DNA of 64,000 bases. It comes from Paramoeba atlantica (lineage: Eukaryota; Protista; Discosea). The DNA lies in assembly GCA_977017575.1 (NCBI GenBank), contig CDRNVI010000047.1, positions 186,001-250,000 on the forward strand, given 5' to 3'. The position numbers and the translations under genes are program-made. The notes under the pieces are model-generated. The model was given only the letters and a program-made list of their open reading frames with translations. It ran no database searches and was not told the DNA's origin. This document shows, one piece after another, positions 34,023 through 45,500 of this stretch (within the stretch, counting starts at the first letter, position 1; each line of letters begins with the position of its first letter).

Positions 34023-35715
34023 AACCGGGGGTCAGTTCAATATTAAGGTTAGTTTAATATTAAGATCTACTTTAATATTAAGATTGACACTTTAATATTA
34101 AAATGACACTTTAATATTAAGATTCACTTTAATATTAAGATTCGATTTTTTAAGGATTTTCTTTGGTTCTTTAACTTTTCTGATTTTTTTGATGGACCTT
34201 ATTGCTTCGCAATTAACGGCACTGTCGCCGCGTAGCCACGGAGAGGCAATCAACGAATGTTATAGAGCTGTCGAAGATTATGTTGATGAGGTTTGCTCTC
34301 TTAAGGATGACGAAGGTGTTATGCAACCCTTCGACTTAAACGATTCTCTGCCTTATGAATCTGAAAACTGTAACTCTGAAAGTGGTCCAAGTGACAGTGC
34401 CGAGTCCGAAGAAGATAATGGTTATGAAAGTTCCGAAGAATCGGATGAAAAATCGAATGACAGTGATGTATCACATTCCAGTGATTCAGAGGATTCGGGT
34501 AAACTTTCAAAAAATGGGGGTAGAACTAAAATTTGCCCTTACGAGAAGCGAGCAAAAGATAATGGTGTTCGCGTTCGAGTGGAACCTACGGCAAAAATCA
34601 AACGGGCGATCTCACGTGAGTGGAATAGCTGGAGTGTAGAGAAACAACGCAAGTATGGTTCCATGCAAGTGTTAAACAAATGGATCAAAGACAAATTCCC
34701 AAACTCCCGTATTCATATTAGCAACGAAAATCAGTTGCAAAACTATTCCGAATTAACGCGTGGCATTAAGAAGCGCAAGCGACACGAGCGCAAACAATCA
34801 CAACTGCGCGTGCACAGTGTAAACACAACACTTTTAGTGTTCGATTCTTGTCGGTCGCATGTCAATAAGAGTGTCATTAAATCTTTTGCAACCCAAGCCC
34901 ATTGCTACAGCGCTATCATCCCTGCTGGTACTACGTCGTGGATCTAATGGATAGATGTGTTTTATGCTGCAGCATACAAGCGTGAACAAGAAAAAATATG
35001 GGATCGAGAACAAGATGCACCACGCACCGCTCGTCAAAAGAGGGAATGGATGCACCAAGCTGTGGCTCGTTCACACGAAAGAGTTGCAAACGCTAAAAAT
35101 AGCATGCAAGAATCTTCGAAACCTGCATGTATTAACGTTATTGATGAATTTAATCGTTTAGGATATATTGATCCGCAACTCGCTGTTTGGAATCATTGTG
35201 AGGCTTTGCAAAATTATAAATTTGAAGCTCCCGTAGTAATTGAAGATGATTATGCAGAGCGAATTGAAAATGCGTTTTCCCGCGGGGCTGGAACAAACAA
35301 ATCAAAAAAGGGTCTCGAAAAGTGGATTCCTATGCGAAAATAGTTATTTTTAGGCTATGCGAAATAATATTGCGATAGTCGAAATAACAATAATATATAT
35401 AATGCGAAATGTTTTTTTTGTTTTTACGGAGGGTTTTTTTTCGTGATATCTTAGAGTTCGTCTTGTTTTTCCCTTTCGTAAACGTATTTCTTATAAAATA
35501 CTGTAAATTTATTCTACTGGGTCTACAACCGTTCAAAACGATTCTACAATCTTAATATTATAATGGCGACACTTTAATATTAAGATTCATTTTTTGGACA
35601 ATTTAATATTAAGATGTCACTTTAATATTGAGATTCACTGCCCAATCTTAATATTAGTACCTTTCCAATCTTAATATTAGCATTTTCAATTTTAATATTA
35701 GACTGACCCCCGGTT
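34023..35715 (+). mobile_element. pogo/DDE_1-like element with AACC termini (transposase pseudogene 34189-35343)
   Basis: TIR AACCGGGGGTCAGT, TA flanks, TTAATATTAAGA subterminal repeats. LLVFDSCRSH..IIPAGTTSWI*WIDV resembles the pogo DxxxxH..IPxGxTxxLQPLDV motif. The first-D region appears deleted. Confidence 0.75.
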
Positions 35716-35730
35716 TATTATAAACGAGTA

Positions 35731-36053
35731 CTCCCCCTCTCATTAATAATTATAAACCTCCAAACATCATTAAAGGGATTGTTTATAGAAATTTAATGAG
35801 ATAATAATTCTGAGTCTCACTTTTACAATTATAAACGTCAAATTCTTCATTTTTTATCTAGAAAGACATCTGTACCACATACTTTGCACTAAAAATTGTT
35901 TCCAAGTTGAACGAAGTGTCTCGAAAATCAAGAAATTGAAGTCCATAAAAAAAAATCACTTATCGAATCTCATTAATAATTATAGACTATAACTATAATT
36001 ATAAACTAAAAAGATTTATAGATTAAAATTATAATTATTAATGAGAGGGGGAG
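35731..36053. mobile_element. Stowaway-like MITE
   Basis: Perfect 24-bp TIR CTCCCCCTCTCATTAATAATTATA with TA at 35729-30 and 36054-55. Confidence 0.9.
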
Positions 36054-36312
36054 TAATTTTATCAACGAATACGATTGATCGTAAATTTGAATTGGATTGC
36101 GAGATCTGAAAAGATTGCTGAAAGGAACGTTTCAAAACGCAGAACAAACTATAACGAATTCAGACGTACAGATTCATTTCACGCTGATGAATGTGCCTTC
36201 TGTAGGACTGAACAGATAATCTTCAGGTACGTAATATTCAGGTCACGTTCGATAATATTTTTTGATTAACGTTGACTCCTAAATTCTGACTTTTAAAATT
36301 AGTCGCTTTAAG

Positions 36313-36978
36313 ATGTACGATGTTGCAATGGATCGTATTACGTTGTGTGTTAGTGTCCTTTACCGCGTGACGAAATCGTTACCCGTGTCCTATCATCCCG
36401 ACTTTAAGTTTTCCGACTCAACGGGTGAGCGCCGAAAAGCTGCAAGAGTAAGAGGTGTGCTACTACCCCAAGAGTATGATCTTGAGCGTTTGGTGAGTAA
36501 CATAGTGAATCCACTGCCCTCTTGGAATGCATCCGTACCTGCGCATAAGTGGGAAGGGATTACGTGTTCTGACGAAGGAGAGATTTTAAGGTTTGAAATT
36601 GAACGAAGAAGTTTGTGTGGTATAATTTTGTGGAATGCATTACCAAGGTCTCTACATCGATTCTCAGTATACACTAACCAACTTACGGGGGAAATTGATC
36701 TCGTTGATCTTCCGCCACTTATGTCTTCTCTTGATGCGTCGTACAATCAATTTACGGGAAGTGTTGATCTTTCTCATCTTCCTTCAAGCTTAACTTCCTT
36801 GATATTGTCGGTGAATATGCTAAGTGGTGATGTAACGTTCGGTGATCTTCCTTCTGGACTTATCAGCTTGTCACTTCGCAACAACGCCCAACTTACGGGG
36901 ACATTACATGTACGCATGCTACCGGTAAGCCTGACGTACAAGGCCTTTCAAGAGACCAAAATTCAAATGGTGAGCTGA
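36313..36978 (+). CDS. LRR family protein 4
   Basis: ARVRGVLLPQEYDLERLV leader, WEGITC cap; close paralogue of 59727-60371. Confidence 0.85.
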   Translation: MYDVAMDRITLCVSVLYRVTKSLPVSYHPDFKFSDSTGERRKAARVRGVLLPQEYDLERLVSNIVNPLPSWNASVPAHKWEGITCSDEGEILRFEIERRSLCGIILWNALPRSLHRFSVYTNQLTGEIDLVDLPPLMSSLDASYNQFTGSVDLSHLPSSLTSLILSVNMLSGDVTFGDLPSGLISLSLRNNAQLTGTLHVRMLPVSLTYKAFQETKIQMVS

Positions 36979-37254
36979 TGTGCAGCAAACTTATGATTAG
37001 TATCTTTCTTTTCCTTGAAAAACTCGTTTTTTTCAACTTTTTACAGCCACAGTGAAGCGGCAATAACTTCTTTGTGCCAGAGATTATACACAGATATTAT
37101 TATAAGAGACTATTATAAGAGACTATTATAAGAGACTATTAAATATGTAAATGTATATTTTCAACCTGAGAGTAACCTAGATTATCGAAGTAACTGGAAT
37201 ACTGTGTAGATACAGGGGTGGACAAAAAAATGGGGCGTTAAAATTCGTTTAAGT

Positions 37255-38985
37255 TGACCAATTTTGGAAAATTGGCTATTTTCGGCTTAAATCCTTCAGT
37301 TTTCCTCAGCTTTTCAGGCCAAATTTTCTTTTTTAGTCGCTTCGTTAAACGCGGAGGTACGCGAAGCTCGCACCATGAGTGACTTCTACAGGGGTGTAAA
37401 TTTAGATGTGGGGGGGTCCAAAATTCGTAAAATTTGGCTATTTTTGGAAAATAATAGCGCATTCGAGAGATCTCGAACAGAGCTCATGAACGTGCATATA
37501 CCGTATCCGTGTTAATTAGATTTTCGGATGCACATAAAAAAACTTAGTTTTTTGGAAGACAAAATCCTGCAATTTTCACAATTTTTCTGTTTTTTGCCCT
37601 TATTCATGCCACAACGACGGGATTGTGGACGATCTCCGGAACATAAGCACTCCGAAAGGGCTTATTCCTCGCCTGGGCACATAAAAGCAAGCTGGCGCAT
37701 GCTTCTTGTTGCCGATTACGAAGCAACAGTCTTTTTCCCTAACCGCGCGCAATTTTCAAGTTCATGAAGCTACTGTGAAGCGCTGGGTTGAGCGCTATAG
37801 TGATACTGGAGAAGTAGACTCCAAGAACCAGAAACACGCCCCAACGAACATCGCTGTGACACCTGAACTACGTGAGGCTGCTTTGAAAGCTATAGACGAG
37901 GGTGTTCGAGATCAACCCTATGGCATCAGGAGCTGGAGTGAGCTCCATCGGTTAATGGAAAATCTTGGGTTCACTTGCTCTCGTCAAACTTTGACGACCC
38001 ACATGAAATCACATGGCATCGTCTTGCGCACAGTCCGGAAATCCTCTGCACTTACCTCAGTGCATAAAGAGAAACGAGTACGTTTCTGTGAAGAAATGCT
38101 AACGTGGAGTGACGCGGAACTGTCCAATATCATTTGGATGGATGAAAAAAAAATTACCTGTGGGAAGAGTGGGGGGCACATCACGTACCACTGCCGCAAA
38201 ACTGACGCTCCCAAGGAGCAGCAAGGTGAATTGGATGCATGGCATGGGGGGATTGGTGTTATGGTTTGGATGGCAGCGAGCCTTAAGCATGGGTTTCACC
38301 TTCACGTTTTTCCTTCTGTTCGTTCTCAAGGAAACCGAGGTACAGTGACGGGGGCTATTTTTGATGAAGCCATGAAGAAGCGCGGAGGGTTAATTTCTTA
38401 CCTTAAGCGGCACCGTTCTAGCGTTATTGCAATGGATAACTGTACGGTGCACAATCTGGCCAGGACAAGCTTTCAAGAGACAGGAATTACTGTTCTTCCT
38501 TGGCCAGCAAAATCACCTGATCTCATGCCCGTTGAAAATTTATGGTCCATAATGGACAATTTCAAAAATGGTTTGGCCCCTAGAAATCGTACAGATTTGA
38601 TCATTGCGATCGAAGCAGCGCTTCAAGATCTTCAAACGACACATTCTATAGCCTCTGAAAACGCTATGAAGAGCTTCGTAAGCTTTCGTAAGCGATGCCG
38701 TATTGTGCTTGAAAAGAACGGCGGAAACTGCAATTATTAATTTTTTTTTCTATTTTTTCCCGTGCTTTAGAAAGTTGCAAATCGCATTCGGGGGCCCTTT
38801 GTCGAGGGGGCAATACCCCCTTGTGCCTATCGCGGCCATGTTGCGTTCATGAGCCCTGTTCGAGAGCTCTCGAATGCGCTATTATTTTCCACAATTGGCC
38901 AAGTTTTACGAATTTTAGACCCCCCCACATCCAAATTTACACCCCTGTATGTTGAAAACAACCACCGCGTTTAACGAAGCGATTA
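37255..38985 (-). repeat. Rep-A 5' end (reverse orientation) with a Tc1 inserted in its hairpin loop
   Basis: Hairpin arms at 37334-37355 and 38951-38985. The loop is the reverse complement of the copy-1 loop, and 37255-37333 matches the Rep-A post-hairpin sequence. Confidence 0.8.
37389..38947 (+). mobile_element. Tc1/mariner element (DD32E), 104-bp TIRs; transposase 37606-38740 with one frameshift
   Basis: TIRs 37389-37492 and 38844-38947 with TA TSD. IWMDEKK, AMDNCTVH and WPAKSPDLMPVENLW motifs; frameshift at ~37725. Confidence 0.9.
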
Positions 38986-39361
38986 AAAAAGTAAGGCCCT
39001 AGGTACTCATTTGAGTACCTAAGTACCGTACTCACGAATGCATGGTAAAACTAGTCAAGAATTTGTCTAAGTATTCTCATTTTTGGTACTCAAATGGAGT
39101 TCCACGTTGATACGATTATTCCGAGCCGCATTCTCACTTTCGAAATCACATTCTCATTTTTCCTAGTTGCACGTTGACAGCCGAATTCGGATTTTTAGTG
39201 ATCCTCAGAATTCTTATTTTTACTGTACATGTGAAATACACGAAGCATACAACGTGTATGCTTCGTGTGTAAAATTCATTTAATGGAACGAACCCACTTG
39301 CACACTTACAGAAATTTTTTTCGCATCTACAAATCTAACCCTGCTTGATTTACTCTTTGTT

Positions 39362-40540
39362 ATGAGCGATCACGACGTCGTACTTCAAATGCTTTCCAGC
39401 TCGCGCATTGAGTTACGCAAACGTGCAGTTGACATACTTGCTGTATGTTCTAGTTCTTGTGAACCTGTGACACTTTTTGAAGCTCTGTTGCAACCGGAAA
39501 TCATAGAGAAGCTTCTGCATCTGTTAACACCAGAAAATATGCTGCTTCACGGAACGCTGTTAACTACACTGACCAACCTAACCGCTCACCCGGAGTACTG
39601 CCTTCGTACTGCCCGTATCATTTCCGAATCTCATGGGATCGCGAAGCTTATGCGTTTCTTAGAATTTATATCCAGTCATCAACCAAAAAGTGAAGGTGAT
39701 CTGGACGATTCTCCTGAGAATTCTACAACGAAAAGCTCTTATTCCGACAATGCTTCGTTGTCCCTCATTTTTATGTTACTTAATAATATCACAAGTGTCG
39801 ATGGTGCCTCCGTAGTGCCTTCTTTTCTCCAAGTAACCTCGACTGATCGTCAGGGGCAATATCTTGAGAAATTGTTGCAAGTACTTCTCTGTCTTACTAT
39901 GGAAATGCCGAGCGTGAGATGGGGAATTCAGATTATATCCAATTTAATGTGCGAACGGGTAGGTGTGGACACTCTACTGTCCTATCCCAACGCCCTGATC
40001 CACTTCCATAACCTCCTCAAACTTTGGGCCAAACCTTGCGTGGCCCCTAACCCTCCGGGGATAATGCATTTGCTTCTTCTTTTTCGTAACATAGCACTTC
40101 ACAAACATGAGGGATACCATAGTGCCATGATTGACGCCGCGATTCCAGACTCTGTTTTGGAGTTTCTGCGGCGTGATCTCTACGAGGGTTGGGCGGAGCT
40201 GTGCAGCGCTCAGGTTGAGTTCTTGTTATTTCTATGTACGACCACAAAAGGAATACAATGGATGGAAAGCGTCAATGCAAAAAAAGTTCTCATGGACGAT
40301 GTGTTACAGACTTCGAATGCAGAACAAAGTAGCGTAGTTTTCGCACCTTCACCTGAGAAAACGGAAAATTCAACTTTTCGAAATGGGACCAAATCCCGAA
40401 AACACACGATCTATGACGATGCGTGTCACCATTCCAGGAATATTTTGATAAAGCAAATCCTTCCTATTTTAGACGATATACAGGATGTGGTTGCGCTACA
40501 CGATAAACAGGACGAAAATGTTCATGATACGAAAATCTAA
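39362..40540 (+). CDS. Armadillo-type protein, HGH1 (eEF2 co-chaperone)-like
   Basis: 392 aa, helical. EFLLFLCTTTKGIQWM resembles the HGH1 C-terminal LLLLcTT..GR motif; LTNLT, LNNIT and FRNIAL repeats. Confidence 0.55.
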   Translation: MSDHDVVLQMLSSSRIELRKRAVDILAVCSSSCEPVTLFEALLQPEIIEKLLHLLTPENMLLHGTLLTTLTNLTAHPEYCLRTARIISESHGIAKLMRFLEFISSHQPKSEGDLDDSPENSTTKSSYSDNASLSLIFMLLNNITSVDGASVVPSFLQVTSTDRQGQYLEKLLQVLLCLTMEMPSVRWGIQIISNLMCERVGVDTLLSYPNALIHFHNLLKLWAKPCVAPNPPGIMHLLLLFRNIALHKHEGYHSAMIDAAIPDSVLEFLRRDLYEGWAELCSAQVEFLLFLCTTTKGIQWMESVNAKKVLMDDVLQTSNAEQSSVVFAPSPEKTENSTFRNGTKSRKHTIYDDACHHSRNILIKQILPILDDIQDVVALHDKQDENVHDTKI

Positions 40541-40704
40541 AGCGTTATCTACTTTTCCCGTTTTTGTAGAAATTGCAAAGTTCAATTTATATTTTATGCT
40601 CGCTAAAAACAACTCTTCTTCCATCCATAGAAAATATTCCTTTGAATTCGACTCGTAAAACTTACCCTACCCTACACCTACCGTAGCTCCTTTCCTTCCC
40701 TACC

Positions 40705-42072
40705 ATGTCTGCCTCTGGTCCCAATGAACCCGACTGGGCCACTCTCCGTCAAACCCCTTTCTACACCCAACTACGTCCCTCCCGACCTCTCACCTCACGT
40801 CCCCTCCACCCTACCCCTCCCCCACCACAACACAATAAAGCCACAAAAACAAAAACCCAGAACCCTCCCCCATCACAACCCACTCTCACCCCAACCCCCC
40901 CCCTTTCTCCCACCCTACCCCCCTCATCCCCAACCCCACCACCCCCTCCTCCCCAACGCTCCCCCTCCCCTCCCCCGTCTACCCCCTCCCCCTCCCCCCT
41001 CCCCCCCTCTCGCAAGCACGCCCTGCAGTCGCCGTACTTCACCCCGCCCCCCTGGGCGGCCCTCCCCCCCGCCCCCCCCTCCCCCGCCGCGCCCTCCCTC
41101 GAGGTCTTCCGCTCCGGCTCCCGCGCCCCCGCCCCCCAGCGCGTCGCCACCGTGTCGCTCCACGCCCACCGCACCTACCTGCTCGGGACCCACCCCGCGG
41201 TGTGCGACATCCCGCTGCTCCACCCCAGCTGCTCCCGGGTCCACCTCGCGCTCGTCCACCACCGCGCCGGGGGGGTCTACCTCGTGGACCTGCGCTCCAC
41301 CCACGGCACCTTCGTGAACGGGGTGCGGGTGGCGCCCGCGGTCCCGGTGCTGTGGCCGGAGGGGCAGTGGGTGCGCACCGGCGGGAGTAGCCGGGTGTAC
41401 CGGCTGCGGAGGGGGGGAGGGGGGGGTGGGGGGAGGGGGGTGAGGAGGGAGGTGGAGGGGTTTATAAGGGAGATGGGGGAGGCGGGGGTGGGGAGTGGGG
41501 AGGGAGGGAAGGTGGAGGTGGGAAAAGAGGGAGGTGTGGATTTGGGTGGGGTACCGGGTTCTGTTTTTGAGGTGAAGGAGGAGTCGAACACGGCCCCTGT
41601 TGCTGCAAGCCCTTTGTTGGAGGTTTCACAGCCAGAAAGCTCGTGTACTGTGTTGTTGGCGCCCGAGTCCATGATTACCGGACCTACACGAGTGGGATAC
41701 CACATTCTTCTCAAGCACACCAAAAGTCTGCGCCCCACTTGGGGAGCGCAGCCCGTTACCCGGTCCCCTTTTGAGGCACACTGGCGTCTACAAACCATAC
41801 GGTACAGTTTGATTCAGGATAAAGAGCACTATGCGGATTATGCCTCCCAGTACTCCGAATGTTCGAGTGGGAAAACACAGGGCGGGAAAATGCCTCCCTT
41901 GGAGGCGAAAAGGGAGTATGGTCCCTCGCTCAATATTCTAAGGGATGTTCTGTGGGCGCTTTCCCCAGGGTCGTTGTCAGATGTCGTGGAGACCCCGCTT
42001 GGGGTCCATCTGGTATATTATCCCCCTGAAGTGGAATCGAACGGGAAGGCAAACACGCCGCCGGAAAAGTAG
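40705..42072 (+). CDS. FHA-domain + parvulin peptidyl-prolyl isomerase (kinetoplastid Par42/Par45-like)
   Basis: FHA (HPSCSRVHLAL..DLRSTHGTFVNG) plus parvulin (YHILLKH, SECSS, SDVVETPLGVH); Pro-rich N-terminus. Confidence 0.85.
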   Translation: MSASGPNEPDWATLRQTPFYTQLRPSRPLTSRPLHPTPPPPQHNKATKTKTQNPPPSQPTLTPTPPLSPTLPPSSPTPPPPPPQRSPSPPPSTPSPSPLPPSRKHALQSPYFTPPPWAALPPAPPSPAAPSLEVFRSGSRAPAPQRVATVSLHAHRTYLLGTHPAVCDIPLLHPSCSRVHLALVHHRAGGVYLVDLRSTHGTFVNGVRVAPAVPVLWPEGQWVRTGGSSRVYRLRRGGGGGGGRGVRREVEGFIREMGEAGVGSGEGGKVEVGKEGGVDLGGVPGSVFEVKEESNTAPVAASPLLEVSQPESSCTVLLAPESMITGPTRVGYHILLKHTKSLRPTWGAQPVTRSPFEAHWRLQTIRYSLIQDKEHYADYASQYSECSSGKTQGGKMPPLEAKREYGPSLNILRDVLWALSPGSLSDVVETPLGVHLVYYPPEVESNGKANTPPEK

Positions 42073-42526
42073 CTTCTTAAGAAGAATGGATGGTCTCCGG
42101 AATCGATATTTGAAACACGATTTGGTGTTCGGGACGACATCACAGCTCGAAACGTGGGACGCATTTTCTCCCGATACCACTTTCTTCCGACACCTTTTTT
42201 CTACGTAGATAAAGATCACTTCTCCCCTTTCGTATATGCATACCAAAACAGACCAACGTTGCAAGAACGTATTTGAAGTCAAAATTTAGTGCTGTAGTCG
42301 GTTGCGGGGCTCCAGATCTCCCTTAGGTCGCCTAAGTTACGCGTATTATTCTTCAAGCCTAAGTTTTCTTAAACAGGCAGATTACCCATCCAATTTTAAC
42401 GAAAAATATAAATTTTCGTTGAATTATAGCTCACAAAATATTACCTTACATCTTCTAAATTATTTTTTGTTCTCTAGTTTTCTTTTTTTCTGCATATCAA
42501 ATACATCAAACAGAATACAATATCCT

Positions 42527-45500
42527 ATGAGCTCAGCATGTGACACAAGTTCTCAGGAGGACAGAGCTTGGCAATGGATTGATCTCACTCTTCGTGAGCA
42601 AATTGAATCTTTTGATCAAATACTGGAGTTGGAAAAAACACCCAAATTGGATGACTTTGTGATAAGTCTCCGGACCCGTTTATCACTGCCCAGAGGGGAA
42701 TTGCCGGATCGCAAAAGGGCTGTGAAGTACATTTCGCCAAGGAAAAAGGAAGTGCCTCCTATTGCACGAGAATTACTGGATCAGATACATAGCCTTCAAC
42801 GAGACCCGGACCCCCACACACTCCCAATTTCTCACAAGTACAATCTCCTGCTTCAAATACAGGGTTCGTTGCAAAACCTACTCCTCCTGCAACCTCAATA
42901 CGCGTCTTCGGGCGCGACCTCGTCCCCTGTCGACTCATCACTCAATGGTATTCTTGGAGATGTGGACAAGAGTGTCTCCGAGCTCTGTAGTCTACACACC
43001 TCCATGTGGGACGATGCCTTACGTCATGACCTCCCCCGACTGATTACCGAGCACACCCAACAAGGCGTCATGGCTACCCAACCCCTTGGCAAGGACGGCT
43101 CCACGATTAGCGTTCAGTGCAACCGTGTAGCTGTCGGCATATGTCACCCCTCCCTGGAGACCTCCGCGTGCTACGTTCAATCAATGACAGAAAAGTTTCG
43201 TACCGTGTTTTCGTCTTTAGAGAAGGAGCAGGATCACCTCCGTGCGCTCCAGGAGCGATACACCACACACGTCGGGACACATGTCTCGGTTGAAAAATGC
43301 GATGAGGTACGACAAAACCTGCTGCACGTCACAACGACTTTACAAAACGTGGCAGATCTCCATCAGCAGTGGTCGGACCTAACGACGGCCTTCGAGGCGA
43401 AATCAAATAAGATTTGGTTTGACGCACAGCATCTTTATGCGTGGGATGCGGATACGTATGGACGGTACGAAATCCCCAAACACACACGTGACCCCGCAAC
43501 AGTATACGAACACCTGGTTACGCGACGACACACAGACTGGGGTCAGCTAGTTCGCACATCGGAGACGCTTTATGGGAGTCTGCTGCGTGTAGCCGCTGGC
43601 TATCTCGCTCCCGCACGTCATGTCCGGCTTGGCACTTCCTACCAGGAGCCTCTGTACTGGAGAATTGCGTTTCGCTTTCAGCTACGACGGGACTCCCCTT
43701 TATCGAGTGTACCCCATGCGATCTCGGTTGACTTGGGGATTGACGCAGCGAACGATTCCGAGAGGTTTTTTACTTCCGCCACTGTGGAGCACTCAGAGCG
43801 TGTGGTAGATTCCCAAGGTCACCGCTATCCTACTGAACTGATTCCCCCTAGCGCCTTTTTCTGGATGAAGGCAGGAGAAGTGCCGACTATGGTCGGGAGT
43901 GCCCACTGTGTTCTCACCCACATGAAGGCGTTGGGTATCCCGTGGCGCGAGGCCCAGCACGAGCCGATGCTCGCTGGGGGGTATTTTGTCATCAACGGTT
44001 CAGAAAAAATACTCCGACTGCTCAGTGTCCCGCGTAGCAACACCCCTCTACTTACCCAACGCCCCGGGCTGTGCAAACACGGCGACAACTTCTCCGAGAA
44101 AGCGATCCAGTTCCGCTCCAAGACACGCTCCGGCCGCGTTCTTCCTACTTTTATCCACTACCTGCGCAGTGCCGAGGTGGTTGTCTCTCTTCCCCTGGGT
44201 CGAAAAGTACAATACGTCCCATTTTTGTTGTTGCTGTGTGCTCTACGAGAAGTGACTCATGCGGGGGTGTTCCACATCCTCTCCGCGGGAATTACATCCG
44301 AAATCACGGTGGGCCGTGTGGAGGCACTGCTACGGCACCATCTCGCCCAGACCTACGGCCAAGTCCTAGGGGCTCTTCCGCACACAATGCTGCTCGGCAG
44401 ACTCATCCGCGAGGCTCAGACTCAGCACCGTCGAAAGTTTGGTAATCCGCTGGGCGCGACAACACTGCTGCCGGAGTGTGAGCCCTCTGGGGCCCATGCG
44501 CCTCCACAACACCCGGATGTGTGGTACGGACGCTACGTGCTGCACCGCTATCTGTTCCCCCATTTGAACTCCGAGGATTCGTTTGAGCGCGAGCTTCTTC
44601 CAGACCCCAACGAGGACGTCCTGGCACGTGCATGCGCTGAACGCGAGCGAAAATTTGAGCTCCTCGTCCACCTCCTACGCCAGCTCTACGCCTTCGTGGA
44701 CGACACCCTCCCCAAGGACAACCTCGACCTCCCGAGTCACCAGGAGGTGTTTACATTGGGCAACCTCCTCAGTGGGGTGTTAGAGAGCTGTGTGTTACGT
44801 GGACTCGCCAGTGGGGCGCGAAACGTCGCCGCGGTGTGCTCCTCCCCCCATCTCACCCATCTTCGTGGGCGGGACCGTAAAACAGTGCTGCTCCCGGAGC
44901 TGTCCACCATACTGCGCACCCCGCTACGTGGGGTTCTGAAACCACTGTCCCGGATCTTCACCACTGGGTCCTACACCCCCGACCGCTCCCTCCCCACCCC
45001 TGTGCCCCAAGTCATGGGTCTCTCGGTGAGCTGTGAGCGGTTAAATTTCTATCGTGTCGCGGAACTCCTTCGTGGGGTACACCGCGGTCGGCATATCCTC
45101 GAAATGCGAAGCACAGAGGTCCGACGGTGCCGTACCGAGTCTTGGGGATTCTACTGTGTGGTCCACACCCCGGATGGGGAGGCCTGTGGGGTGCAGAACC
45201 ATCTCACGCTTGGCGCCCGCGTGAGTTTATCGGACAGTACGTCCAATGGGAAACCGGTGGAATACGATGTAGGGGATGCCGTCCAGCAGTTACTGAGAGA
45301 GCATTTGTACCCAACTGAGCTCACACCTGTGTGGCAGCGCTACGAGGGGATGACAACCGTCATGTTGGACGGCGCGCTCTTGGGGTTCGTATCCACCCCC
45401 TCTGTGACTTCGTGTTGTGAGATCCTACGCGGAGAGAAACGACGCCGTGGTTCTCCGCTGTGTCACATTGAGGTGGTCGCCGTCTCCCTCTCCGCCACTT

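Noticed and set aside
37110-37145. (TTATAAGAGACTA)x3 micro-tandem
   Set aside because: A simple local slippage repeat with no other copies or structure.
42302-42526. N-terminal 75 codons of the tracked RPA2 ORF (likewise the upstream parts of ORFs at 52028, 60539, 62292 and 63356)
   Set aside because: They have non-ATG or repeat-overlapping starts in AT/pyrimidine-rich spacer DNA. Downstream ATGs fit homology or acceptor context better.
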